A stretch of 64,000 nt of DNA from Eubacteriales bacterium. Lineage in GTDB: Bacteria > Bacillota > Clostridia > Oscillospirales > CAG-272. Below, in pieces: positions 9,498 to 17,123 of the stretch (within the stretch, counting starts at the first letter, position 1; the number at the start of each line of letters is the position of its first letter). The DNA lies in the NCBI GenBank assembly GCA_045660295.1, contig JAZRDN010000043.1, forward strand, positions 83,357 through 147,356, given 5' to 3'. The notes beneath the pieces were generated by a model. The model ran no database searches. It had not been told where the DNA came from and saw nothing but the letters and a program-made list of their open reading frames with translations. A program made the position numbers and the translations under genes.

Positions 9498-10229
9498 ATG
9501 GAAAATTTCAGCCTTTGGGGAGCTATCGTCAATGCGCTTGCGATAATCGGCGGTTCTTTTGTCGGATTGCTCATACATACCTTTGCGCTTTCGCGCAAGA
9601 ACGCGGATGGCGAGGTGAAGTCGGAAATCGGCGAGACACTGTCAAATGCTATGATGATAGGTGTTGGCTTGTGTACGCTCCTCATAGGAATTCAAGGGGC
9701 GATTAAAGGACAGAATGCCCTTGTGACCATAATATCAATGGCGCTGGGCGCGCTTATAGGTACGCTCTTGGATCTCGACGGTAAGATCAATAAGCTCGGG
9801 GAGTTTGTTGAGAAAAAGACCAAGAACATATTTGGCAATATCTCGCAGGGCTTTGTGATCGCCAGCCTACTGTTTTGCGTAGGTGCTATGGCGGTTACAG
9901 GCTCGCTTGAAAGCGGACTTACAGGGGATCACTCCACACAGTACGCAAAATCAATACTCGACTGTATCTCATCGGTGGTGTTCGCCTCGTCAATGGGCTT
10001 CGGCGTAATGCTTTCGTCTGTGATGGTGCTTGTTTATCAAGGCTCCATAACCCTTCTTGCGCAGTGGATACAACCGTTGCTCAACGATTACGTTATTACC
10101 GAAATGACCGCCGTCGGTTCGCTTTTAATAATAGGAATTGCGTTTAATATTATGGGTATTACAAAAATCAAGCTCATGAATTATATTCCCGCTATTTTTC
10201 TGCCATTGTTGCTTTGTATGTTTATGTAA
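9498..10229 (+). CDS. DUF554-family (YqgA/YdfK-like) integral membrane protein
   Basis: The N-terminus MENFSLWGAIVNALAIIGGSFVGLL and the overall hydrophobic pattern match my recollection of the DUF554 family. Confidence 0.7.
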   Translation: MENFSLWGAIVNALAIIGGSFVGLLIHTFALSRKNADGEVKSEIGETLSNAMMIGVGLCTLLIGIQGAIKGQNALVTIISMALGALIGTLLDLDGKINKLGEFVEKKTKNIFGNISQGFVIASLLFCVGAMAVTGSLESGLTGDHSTQYAKSILDCISSVVFASSMGFGVMLSSVMVLVYQGSITLLAQWIQPLLNDYVITEMTAVGSLLIIGIAFNIMGITKIKLMNYIPAIFLPLLLCMFM

Positions 10230-10239
10230 TCTTGAAAAT

Positions 10240-11598
10240 ATGGATGGAACGATGAAAAAAACAAAACTGCTTATACTTGCGCTTGCCGTGTTGTGCGCGC
10301 TTTGCGTGCTCGCGGGGTGTGGAGATACGCCGTCTGAAACGTTGGATGAAAACATTGAGGATGGCCCTAAAATGTTCGACGTAAGCGACACGTTCTTCAC
10401 CTTTGAGCGTTACAACGTGGTTACGGTAGGTCCGACCGAGTCGGGCGCGAGCTTTTCGCTTTTCACAACCAATACTCTTGAGATATACGGCACGTGTCTC
10501 AGCTCGCTTGACGAGGTTTCTGCCATTATAAATCTTTATGACGAAAAAGGAAAACTCGTAGGCACTTATAGGGCGTCGAAAAAGGAAGAGATCCCAGCCG
10601 ACGTTACCTTCGTGCTCTCGGCGGAAATATCAGACAGCGCGCGCGATAACTTCTGCGTAGTCAGCGTTGAATATTCGGGAGTCACCGACACGCGCGACGT
10701 GTACCGCGTGGAATCATTTACCTATAACGTAACCTACGTATATAATAACGGACTTCCCCCTGAGATGGTTTTGGTGGATTGGCATACATATCTTGAGCCG
10801 CCCTTGCCACCGCAAAAGGACGGATATTATTTCAACGGTTGGTATACCGACCCCGAGTGTACCGAGCGCTTTGATTTTGAAAACACTACGGTTTCAGACG
10901 ATATGGTGCTTTATGCCGATTATGGGCTTGATTATATAAGAATGGGACAAATGGTGCTTGCCGCCGCAAGACCCGCTACCGTCAAGATAACGACCAAGAG
11001 CTATACAAGCTTGGTCGGACTGTTTGAGATAACCTCTCACACCAAAACGGGTGAGGGAATAATCATAAAGGACGGCTCGGGATATTACTACGTTCTTACC
11101 ACCGAGGATCTTGTGTCTAAAAGAAAGGGATATGAAAACGTTTCTTATACCGTTGAGGACTATTACGGAAACACGTATACCGCCCACTATAAGCATAGCG
11201 GTAACGGATATAATCTTGGTGTGATTTATTTTGAAAAGGGAGATCAGGTGCTTTCCACAATGCCGATTTCGCACGTGACCCCCGAGATTTCCGAGAAAAT
11301 AGCCATAGTCAACTATAATGATGTCGGAGCTTCAGTTCCGAATTTTGGAAACGTTTTGGCGTATGAGCATATCACACATAGCCTGATCGGCTCGCAGGCG
11401 GGCGATATAAGACATGACATGATGGTTCACGACGCTGTGACCGATATCAAGATAAGCGGACGCCCCGTGTTTAATATGTCGCTTGAGCTTGTGGGGATCC
11501 AATGCGGAACGATTTCCGACAGTGCCGTTGATTATGAAAACAGCCACGTTATCCCGCTTGAGGCGATTGAAAAGTATATTGACGCATACGGACTGTAA
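10240..11598 (+). CDS. lipoprotein: N-terminal domain + Listeria/Bacteroides-type (Flg_new) repeat + degenerate trypsin-like domain
   Basis: Signal peptide with lipobox LAGC (aa 24-27). The repeat YYFNGWYTDPECTERFDFENTTVSDDMVLYADY is present. The C-terminal 220 aa look like an S1C/HtrA-type protease core (GEGIIIKDGSGYYYVLT..., ISGRPVF). An alternative start exists at 10252. Confidence 0.65.
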   Translation: MDGTMKKTKLLILALAVLCALCVLAGCGDTPSETLDENIEDGPKMFDVSDTFFTFERYNVVTVGPTESGASFSLFTTNTLEIYGTCLSSLDEVSAIINLYDEKGKLVGTYRASKKEEIPADVTFVLSAEISDSARDNFCVVSVEYSGVTDTRDVYRVESFTYNVTYVYNNGLPPEMVLVDWHTYLEPPLPPQKDGYYFNGWYTDPECTERFDFENTTVSDDMVLYADYGLDYIRMGQMVLAAARPATVKITTKSYTSLVGLFEITSHTKTGEGIIIKDGSGYYYVLTTEDLVSKRKGYENVSYTVEDYYGNTYTAHYKHSGNGYNLGVIYFEKGDQVLSTMPISHVTPEISEKIAIVNYNDVGASVPNFGNVLAYEHITHSLIGSQAGDIRHDMMVHDAVTDIKISGRPVFNMSLELVGIQCGTISDSAVDYENSHVIPLEAIEKYIDAYGL

Positions 11599-11600
11599 AT

Positions 11601-11647
11601 AAAAAGAACTTTGTTGCTACCCCAAGGGTGCTTCAAAGTTCTTTTTT
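11601..11647. terminator. bidirectional terminator hairpin after the lipoprotein gene
   Basis: AAAAAGAACTTTG ... CAAAGTTCTTTTT long inverted repeat flanked by A- and T-runs. Confidence 0.7.
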
Positions 11648-11649
11648 GG

Positions 11650-11687
11650 ATTGAAAAACCGCCGTTGACATTTGTCAAACGGCGGTT
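11650..11687 (-). terminator. rho-independent terminator of rplJL
   Basis: Hairpin AACCGCCGTTGACA/TGTCAAACGGCGGTT. On the minus strand it is followed by TTTTTC. Confidence 0.75.
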
Positions 11688-11750
11688 AGTTATTCAAACC
11701 CGTACAGCAGGTAAAACTATACAAGTATGTGTGAGTTCTGTAAACTTAAA

Positions 11751-12122
11751 TTACTTAAGCTCAACAGATGCGCCAGCCTCTTCAAGCTGCTTCTTGATAG
11801 CCTCAGCCTCGTCCTTGGAAATGCCTTCCTTGATAGCCTTGGGAGCTGCCTCAACAAGATCCTTAGCGTCCTTAAGACCAAGACCTGTGATCTCACGTAC
11901 AACCTTGATAACGTCAAGCTTCTTAGCACCTGCAGATGCAAGAATAACGTCGAACTCGGTCTTCTCTTCTGCAGCGGGAGCTGCACCGCCTGCAACAGCT
12001 ACAACTCCAACAGGAGCAGCTGCGGATACACCGAACTCTTCCTCTACTGCCTTAACGAGCTCGTTAAGCTCAAGGATAGTCAAACCTTTGATTTCTTCAA
12101 TAATAGCTGCGATATTAGCCAT
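11751..12122 (-). CDS. rplL: 50S ribosomal protein L7/L12
   Basis: [32 protein letters not shown]... Ala-rich hinge, C-terminal ...GASVELK. ATG at 12122 preceded by AGGAGG. The track ORF has an 8-aa spurious extension. Confidence 0.97.
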   Translation of the reverse strand: MANIAAIIEEIKGLTILELNELVKAVEEEFGVSAAAPVGVVAVAGGAAPAAEEKTEFDVILASAGAKKLDVIKVVREITGLGLKDAKDLVEAAPKAIKEGISKDEAEAIKKQLEEAGASVELK

Positions 12123-12228
12123 TTTCGTAATCCTCCTAATAATCAATTAGTGTGTTTAATTTTTGCGGATTTGTGGGGAACCGCGCCCCGAAATTGATTA
12201 AGCAGTTAAACTGCAATTTTGTGCAAAA

Positions 12229-12780
12229 TTACTCTGCCGCAGGTGCTTCTGCGGGAGCTTCTGCTGCGGGAGCTTCTTCGCCGCCCTCTTCCTTCTTGTC
12301 TGCAACAGCCTTGATAGCGTATGCAAAGTTGTAGAGGGGAGACTGGATGCTTCCGAGGAACTTCGCGATAAGAACTTCCTTCGAGGGGATCTCAGCAAGA
12401 GCTTCAACAGTCTTAGCGTCGATAACGGCGCCGTCAACGTAACCTGCGAGAATCGAGAAGGACTCAACCTTTTCTGCGTATTCCTTGAGTACCTTCGCGG
12501 GAGCAACAGCGTCGTTTTCGCTGATAGCGATAGCTGTCATACCTACGAGATACTGCTTCATGTCACCATAGCCAACCTCATCACAAGCTCTGCCTGTAAG
12601 AGAATTCTTGATAACCTTGTACTTAACACCCGCCTCACGGAGAGCCTTACGCATCTTGGTATCGTCATCAACGGTGATGCCCTGATAATTTACAAGTACA
12701 CCGCTTACGGAATTCTTGATCTCTTCAGCAAGCTCGGCAACGAGTTTCTGCTTTTGTTCGAGTATGGATTTGCTCGGCAT
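12229..12780 (-). CDS. rplJ: 50S ribosomal protein L10
   Basis: MPSKSILEQKQKLVAELAEEIKNS... matches L10. ATG at 12780 preceded by GGGAGGTG. The 42-aa N-terminal extension in the track lies in the leader and is rejected. Confidence 0.95.
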   Translation of the reverse strand: MPSKSILEQKQKLVAELAEEIKNSVSGVLVNYQGITVDDDTKMRKALREAGVKYKVIKNSLTGRACDEVGYGDMKQYLVGMTAIAISENDAVAPAKVLKEYAEKVESFSILAGYVDGAVIDAKTVEALAEIPSKEVLIAKFLGSIQSPLYNFAYAIKAVADKKEEGGEEAPAAEAPAEAPAAE

Positions 12781-12945
12781 TTTGTTTTTCACCTCCCAAT
12801 GTGAAATACAGGATAAAAAAATCTTTCCTCCGCCAAAGCACAGCTTCACGCAAGGAAAGATAAAACTCAAATATAAAGTTAAAATCTGTCCTCGGCAGGG
12901 AAGCAACGCTTTTACGGAAACCTGCTGTCTTTGGATAACAGACGT
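12781..12945 (-). promoter_or_regulatory. L10-leader-like 5' UTR with intrinsic attenuator
   Basis: About 165-nt leader between the promoter and rplJ. A perfect 9-bp stem ATCTTTCCT/AGGAAAGAT (12853-12861 / 12821-12829) is followed on the minus strand by a U-run (12815-12820). Additional upstream helices include GCAGG/CCTGC. Position and architecture fit the Firmicutes L10 leader. Confidence 0.6.
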
Positions 12946-12974
12946 ATTTTATCACAAAACATTCGCTTTGTCAA
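12946..12974 (-). promoter_or_regulatory. sigma-A type promoter of rplJL
   Basis: On the minus strand: TTGACA (12969-12974), 17 nt, TAAAAT (12946-12951), with an upstream TG. Confidence 0.6.
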
Positions 12975-13020
12975 GAGTTTTTTGAAATTTTCTCAAAAAT
13001 TTCTCAAAAAAGTTTTTCGG

Positions 13021-14025
13021 TCACGCCATGGTCTCAAGCATTTTCTCCGTGACGCTATATTTTGTGGGTGCGCCGCTTGTGAACGCCTTGAATTCCTCCA
13101 CCATGTATTCCGCCATGCGGTGTACCTCGTCGGCTTGGCTTCCCGCAATATGGGGAGTGAGATATACGTTGTCAAGGGCGAGCAGAGGATTTCCGTCCTC
13201 TATCGGCTCGGGGAAGGTTACGTCAAGCACCGCCGCGGCGTTTGGCTTTTCACTCATCGCACGTGCCAGATCGGCTTCAACCACCTGCGCTCCGCGACCG
13301 GTATTAAGGAAGGTGGCGTTTGGCTTCATAAGCTTGAAAAGCTCATAGTCAAGCATGCCCACGGTCTGGGGATTGTTGGCAAGATGATTGGAAATAACCT
13401 GACATTCCGAGAAAATACGCTCAAGCGAGCAAAGCTCAATACCAAGACTGTCGGCTTTTTCCTGCGAGCAGAATGGGTCGAATACAAGCACCTTGTGGTT
13501 GTAGACCTTGAGCATTTCGGCTACCAGACTTCCTATCATGCCCACGCCGATAAGACCGACCTTACAACCGTAATTGCCGGGGCAAGACATGGATAGCTCA
13601 CGCGCTTCATTGCGCTTGTTGGCGGATGCCAGCGAACACGCCCTGAAAAAGCCCTTGCAGGCAAGGATTATCTGCGCTACCGTGTATTCTGCCACAGGAA
13701 CGGCGTTTGCAGCCCACGCGCTGAAAATTTTTACTCCGCGAGCCATAAACGGGCGGGCGAAAGTCTGTACTGTACCCGCCGAGTAGAAAATAGCCTTGAG
13801 GGCGGGGAAGCATTTCGCAACCTCATCGTCGGTAAGCGCTGGCATCGACCACGTGGAGAATATGTATTCCACGTCCGCGAATTTTTCGGGTGCGGCAAGA
13901 AGGTCTCCCTTTTTGAATCGATACTCGGGCTTCAGTGCGGCGATTTCTTCAAGCACTTTTTTTGTGCTTTCGGAATATACGTAATCGAGTTGTCCGTGAT
14001 TGTTGGCAAGATAAATGCTTTTCAT
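13021..14025 (-). CDS. D-isomer-specific 2-hydroxyacid dehydrogenase family protein (NAD-binding)
   Basis: Rossmann motif GLIGVGMIGSLVA. Catalytic-type NTGRG, an E in VLDVTFPEP, and TPHIAGS. Its start overlaps the AraC stop (ATGA). Confidence 0.85.
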   Translation of the reverse strand: MKSIYLANNHGQLDYVYSESTKKVLEEIAALKPEYRFKKGDLLAAPEKFADVEYIFSTWSMPALTDDEVAKCFPALKAIFYSAGTVQTFARPFMARGVKIFSAWAANAVPVAEYTVAQIILACKGFFRACSLASANKRNEARELSMSCPGNYGCKVGLIGVGMIGSLVAEMLKVYNHKVLVFDPFCSQEKADSLGIELCSLERIFSECQVISNHLANNPQTVGMLDYELFKLMKPNATFLNTGRGAQVVEADLARAMSEKPNAAAVLDVTFPEPIEDGNPLLALDNVYLTPHIAGSQADEVHRMAEYMVEEFKAFTSGAPTKYSVTEKMLETMA

Positions 14026-14846
14026 TGTTTTTTTCCTCTGTGAATTTGTCTGTATTGTGATGGTGTGTAACCAACCTTTTTCTTAAAGTATTTTGAAAAA
14101 TTACTGGTGTCCGGGAAGCCTATCTGCTCGCTTATCTCCGATACCGAAAGCGAGGTGTTGGTAAGGAGCTCACGTGCTTCGGCTATTCTGCAAAGCATGC
14201 GGTAGTTTTTTATGCTGTATCCCGTGACCTGCTTGTAGGCGTGGGCGAGATAATAGCGGCTGATGTGAAATTCCGCCGCAAGCTCGTCGAGCGACTGCTC
14301 CGAGGCGAGATCTGTCTCTATTTTTTGTTTTATCTTTTGTACCGTTGAGGTTATATTGTTGTCGTCAAATGGGAAAGCCGTGGGGGCGTGTCTGTAAAGC
14401 GCCACCAGTATGCAGCGAAGCAGAGCCGACGCATTTTCGGGATATTCCTTGGGGGTCGAATTGCTCTCCTTCAGAAGCTCCCACAGAACAGGTGTCAGAA
14501 ACGGCTCTATATCCGCCACGTCTACGCAGTGGCAAAAATGCTCGGGGCGATTGGATATTATTGAAAGAAGCCTGTCGTTTTTGATTTCCTGTTTTATCAT
14601 GCACGGTGTGAGCGAGATGCAGAAGCGTGAAAACTCCTTGCTTACCGCTGTGAATGAGTGCGTTTCAAAGTTGCTGACAAAAACCGCGGTGGGGCGCGTG
14701 ATGAAATAATGCTTGTCGTTTATCTGAACGTTAACCTCGCCCTTCATAATGAAAAATATTTGATGAAGATTTTGGTGAACGTGAGGTGAAATTCCGATAT
14801 TATTGTCAGAGAAAATTGTATGCCCTATTCCATGGATACAAGACAT
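14022..14846 (-). CDS. AraC-family transcriptional regulator (cupin sensor + HTH)
   Basis: N-terminal cupin-like region and a C-terminal AraC HTH (LDELAAEFHISRYYLAHAYK..., GFPDTSNFSKYFKKKVGYTPSQYR). ATG at 14846 preceded by GGAGGTGAG. The track extension is rejected. Confidence 0.88.
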   Translation of the reverse strand: MSCIHGIGHTIFSDNNIGISPHVHQNLHQIFFIMKGEVNVQINDKHYFITRPTAVFVSNFETHSFTAVSKEFSRFCISLTPCMIKQEIKNDRLLSIISNRPEHFCHCVDVADIEPFLTPVLWELLKESNSTPKEYPENASALLRCILVALYRHAPTAFPFDDNNITSTVQKIKQKIETDLASEQSLDELAAEFHISRYYLAHAYKQVTGYSIKNYRMLCRIAEARELLTNTSLSVSEISEQIGFPDTSNFSKYFKKKVGYTPSQYRQIHRGKKQ

Positions 14847-15039
14847 TTTCTCACCTCCATAACAATTTTGATAATACATCTTGATGCTATAAGTATATAA
14901 CAAAAAAGCGTTTTTGTACAGAGGTTTTTCAGTAAAAAGCAACTTTTATCAATCTTTTCGCAAATTTGTTATAGAAAACCGCGCCGTATAGGTGTATAAT
15001 GTAATTGTAAAAAGTTGCTGAATTTCAAAGGAGGATGAA

Positions 15040-16362
15040 ATGAATTATTCTGTTCCAAACACTAAAACCGAGCTTGAGATGCTTTGTGCCGACGCGGGGC
15101 TTGCGCTTCCTGTAAGTGATGATACGTCGGTGTTGAAAGCGCCGATGAACATTCACGGAAAAACCGTTCATAACCGTATAGCCTATCAGGCAATGGAGGG
15201 CTGTGACGGCACGCGCGAGGGCACTCCCGATGAGCTTACTTTGCGCCGCTATATGCGCTTTGCCGAGGGTGGCGCGGGCATAATATGGTTTGAAGCTACC
15301 GCTGTCGTAGAGGAGGGACGCGCAAATCCCCGTCAGATGTACATAAACGACAGAACGCTTGACAGCTTCAAAAAAATCGTGAGCGACATCAAGGAGCGTT
15401 GCTTAAAAACAAACGGCTACGAGCCGCTGGTTATCTGCCAGCTTACCCATTCGGGAAGATACAGTAAGCCCGAGGGAGTTCCCGCTCCGCTTATCGCTTA
15501 TAACAATCCCTTGTTTGAAAAGGAAAATCCCATAGACAAAAGCAGAATACTTTCCGACGAGCAGCTTGACCGTATAGGCGAGGCGCTTGTAAACGGCGCG
15601 CTTCTTGCCGAAAAGGCGGGATTTGACGGCGGTGATATCAAGTGTTGTCACAGATATCTGCTTTGCAAGCTTCTCTCAGCTTACACAAGAGAGAACAGCC
15701 GTTACGGCGGCAGCTTCGAGAACCGCACGCGCCTTGTGAGAGAGGCGGCAAAGGGGGCGCTTGAAAACTGCGGCAAGGACTTTATCGTCACCACAAGAAT
15801 TAATATATATGATGGGTTTGAATATCCCTACGGCTACGGCGTGCGTGAGGGCGAGGGAATAACCCCCGATTTTACCGAAGCTAAAAAGCTCTGCGCAGAG
15901 CTTGTCGAGATGGGTATGCCGCTTATAAATATGACTATGGGTAATCCATACGTCAATCCTCACGTAAACCGTCCCTTTGCCAAGGGAACGTATGAAGCGC
16001 CCGAAAAGCCTATTTTCGGCGTAAAGCGTATGCTTGACGGCATCGCTGAAGTGGCGGAAGCGATAAAGGGAACTCCGGTTATCAGCTCGGGACTCAGCTA
16101 TCTTGGCGCAATGTCACCGAGCGTAGTCGCGGCGTATATCAAAGATGGAAAATTCGATTTCGCTGGCTACGGCAGAGAGACTCTGGCTTATCCCGACTTG
16201 GCTAAAGACATCTGTGCTACGGGCGGACTTGACCCCAAAAAGGTCTGTGTCGCTTGCGGAAAATGCACGGAGATAATGAGAAAGCCGGGCGGAACACCGG
16301 GATGCGTTATCAGAGACAGTGGAGTGTACGCGCCGCTTTATAAAAAATTTTGTATGAATTGA
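15040..16362 (+). CDS. Old Yellow Enzyme/FadH-like FMN oxidoreductase barrel with a C-terminal Cys cluster, no FAD/NAD(P)H domains
   Basis: QLTHSGRY, GFDGGDIKCCHRYLL and RYGGSFENRTRL motifs. C-terminal CVACGKC-x12-C. RBS AAAGGAGG. Confidence 0.85.
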   Translation: MNYSVPNTKTELEMLCADAGLALPVSDDTSVLKAPMNIHGKTVHNRIAYQAMEGCDGTREGTPDELTLRRYMRFAEGGAGIIWFEATAVVEEGRANPRQMYINDRTLDSFKKIVSDIKERCLKTNGYEPLVICQLTHSGRYSKPEGVPAPLIAYNNPLFEKENPIDKSRILSDEQLDRIGEALVNGALLAEKAGFDGGDIKCCHRYLLCKLLSAYTRENSRYGGSFENRTRLVREAAKGALENCGKDFIVTTRINIYDGFEYPYGYGVREGEGITPDFTEAKKLCAELVEMGMPLINMTMGNPYVNPHVNRPFAKGTYEAPEKPIFGVKRMLDGIAEVAEAIKGTPVISSGLSYLGAMSPSVVAAYIKDGKFDFAGYGRETLAYPDLAKDICATGGLDPKKVCVACGKCTEIMRKPGGTPGCVIRDSGVYAPLYKKFCMN

Positions 16363-16372
16363 GGACTGTAAA

Positions 16373-17116
16373 ATGAAGGTTGCAATAGTTACAGGCGCGG
16401 CTGGCGGAATAGGCTACGCTACCGTGGAGGAGCTTATAAACAAAGGCTTTGCCGTGGTCGGAATGAACCGCAGACCTTACGAAAGCGTCAAGGAGCAATT
16501 TGAACGCTTTGGCGATAAATTTACATACGTTTCGGGCGATCTTTCGTCGGCTGAGGACAGAAAAAAGCTGGTGGATACCGCGATTGAAGAGTACGGCAGA
16601 ATTGACGCTCTGGTCAACGTTGCGGGCGTTGCGCCCAAGGAGCGCAGAGATATCCTTGAGGCGACCGAGGAGAGCTACGACTACGTTATGGGTATCAATT
16701 CAAAAGGCACGTTCTTCCTCACGCAGGACGTGGCAAAGAGAATGGTTGCGGGCGGTATCAAAGGATATATAGTAAATATCTCCTCTGTTTCGGCTTATAC
16801 AAGCTCTACCTCACGCGGCGAATACTGTATCTCAAAGGCGGGAGTCTCTATGATGACAAAGCTCTTTGCCGACAGACTGGCGGGAGAGGGAATACTGGTC
16901 AATGAGGTCTGCCCGGGAATAATCTATACGGAAATGACAGAAAAAGTCAAAGATAAATACGATGCCAAGATAGCAGACGGACTCGTGCCAACAGGGCGGT
17001 GGGGATACCCCGAGGATGTGGCAAAGGCTGTTGGAGCGCTTGTTGACGGAACGTTCGCCTACACCACGGGCGAGACCTTTATCGTTGACGGCGGTCTGCA
17101 TATAAGAAAACTTTGA
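16373..17116 (+). CDS. short-chain dehydrogenase/reductase (FabG-like)
   Basis: TGAAGGIG cofactor motif, NVAG, and a catalytic S...YCISK (YxxxK). 10-nt gap after the OYE gene. Confidence 0.9.
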   Translation: MKVAIVTGAAGGIGYATVEELINKGFAVVGMNRRPYESVKEQFERFGDKFTYVSGDLSSAEDRKKLVDTAIEEYGRIDALVNVAGVAPKERRDILEATEESYDYVMGINSKGTFFLTQDVAKRMVAGGIKGYIVNISSVSAYTSSTSRGEYCISKAGVSMMTKLFADRLAGEGILVNEVCPGIIYTEMTEKVKDKYDAKIADGLVPTGRWGYPEDVAKAVGALVDGTFAYTTGETFIVDGGLHIRKL

Positions 17117-17123
17117 GGCACTT

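Noticed and set aside
12781-12906. N-terminal extensions of track ORFs into upstream leaders. Affected genes are rplJ (42 aa), rplL (8 aa), rpsT (94 aa), infC (29 aa), the ferredoxin (14 aa), the first AraC regulator (32 aa), the PHP protein (27 aa), ttcA (18 aa), nnrD (17 aa), trmK (14 aa) and ftsZ (5 aa).
   Set aside because: Internal ATG codons with properly spaced GGAGG-type RBSs coincide with the points where homology to the family begins. The extensions overlap promoters, leaders or terminators.
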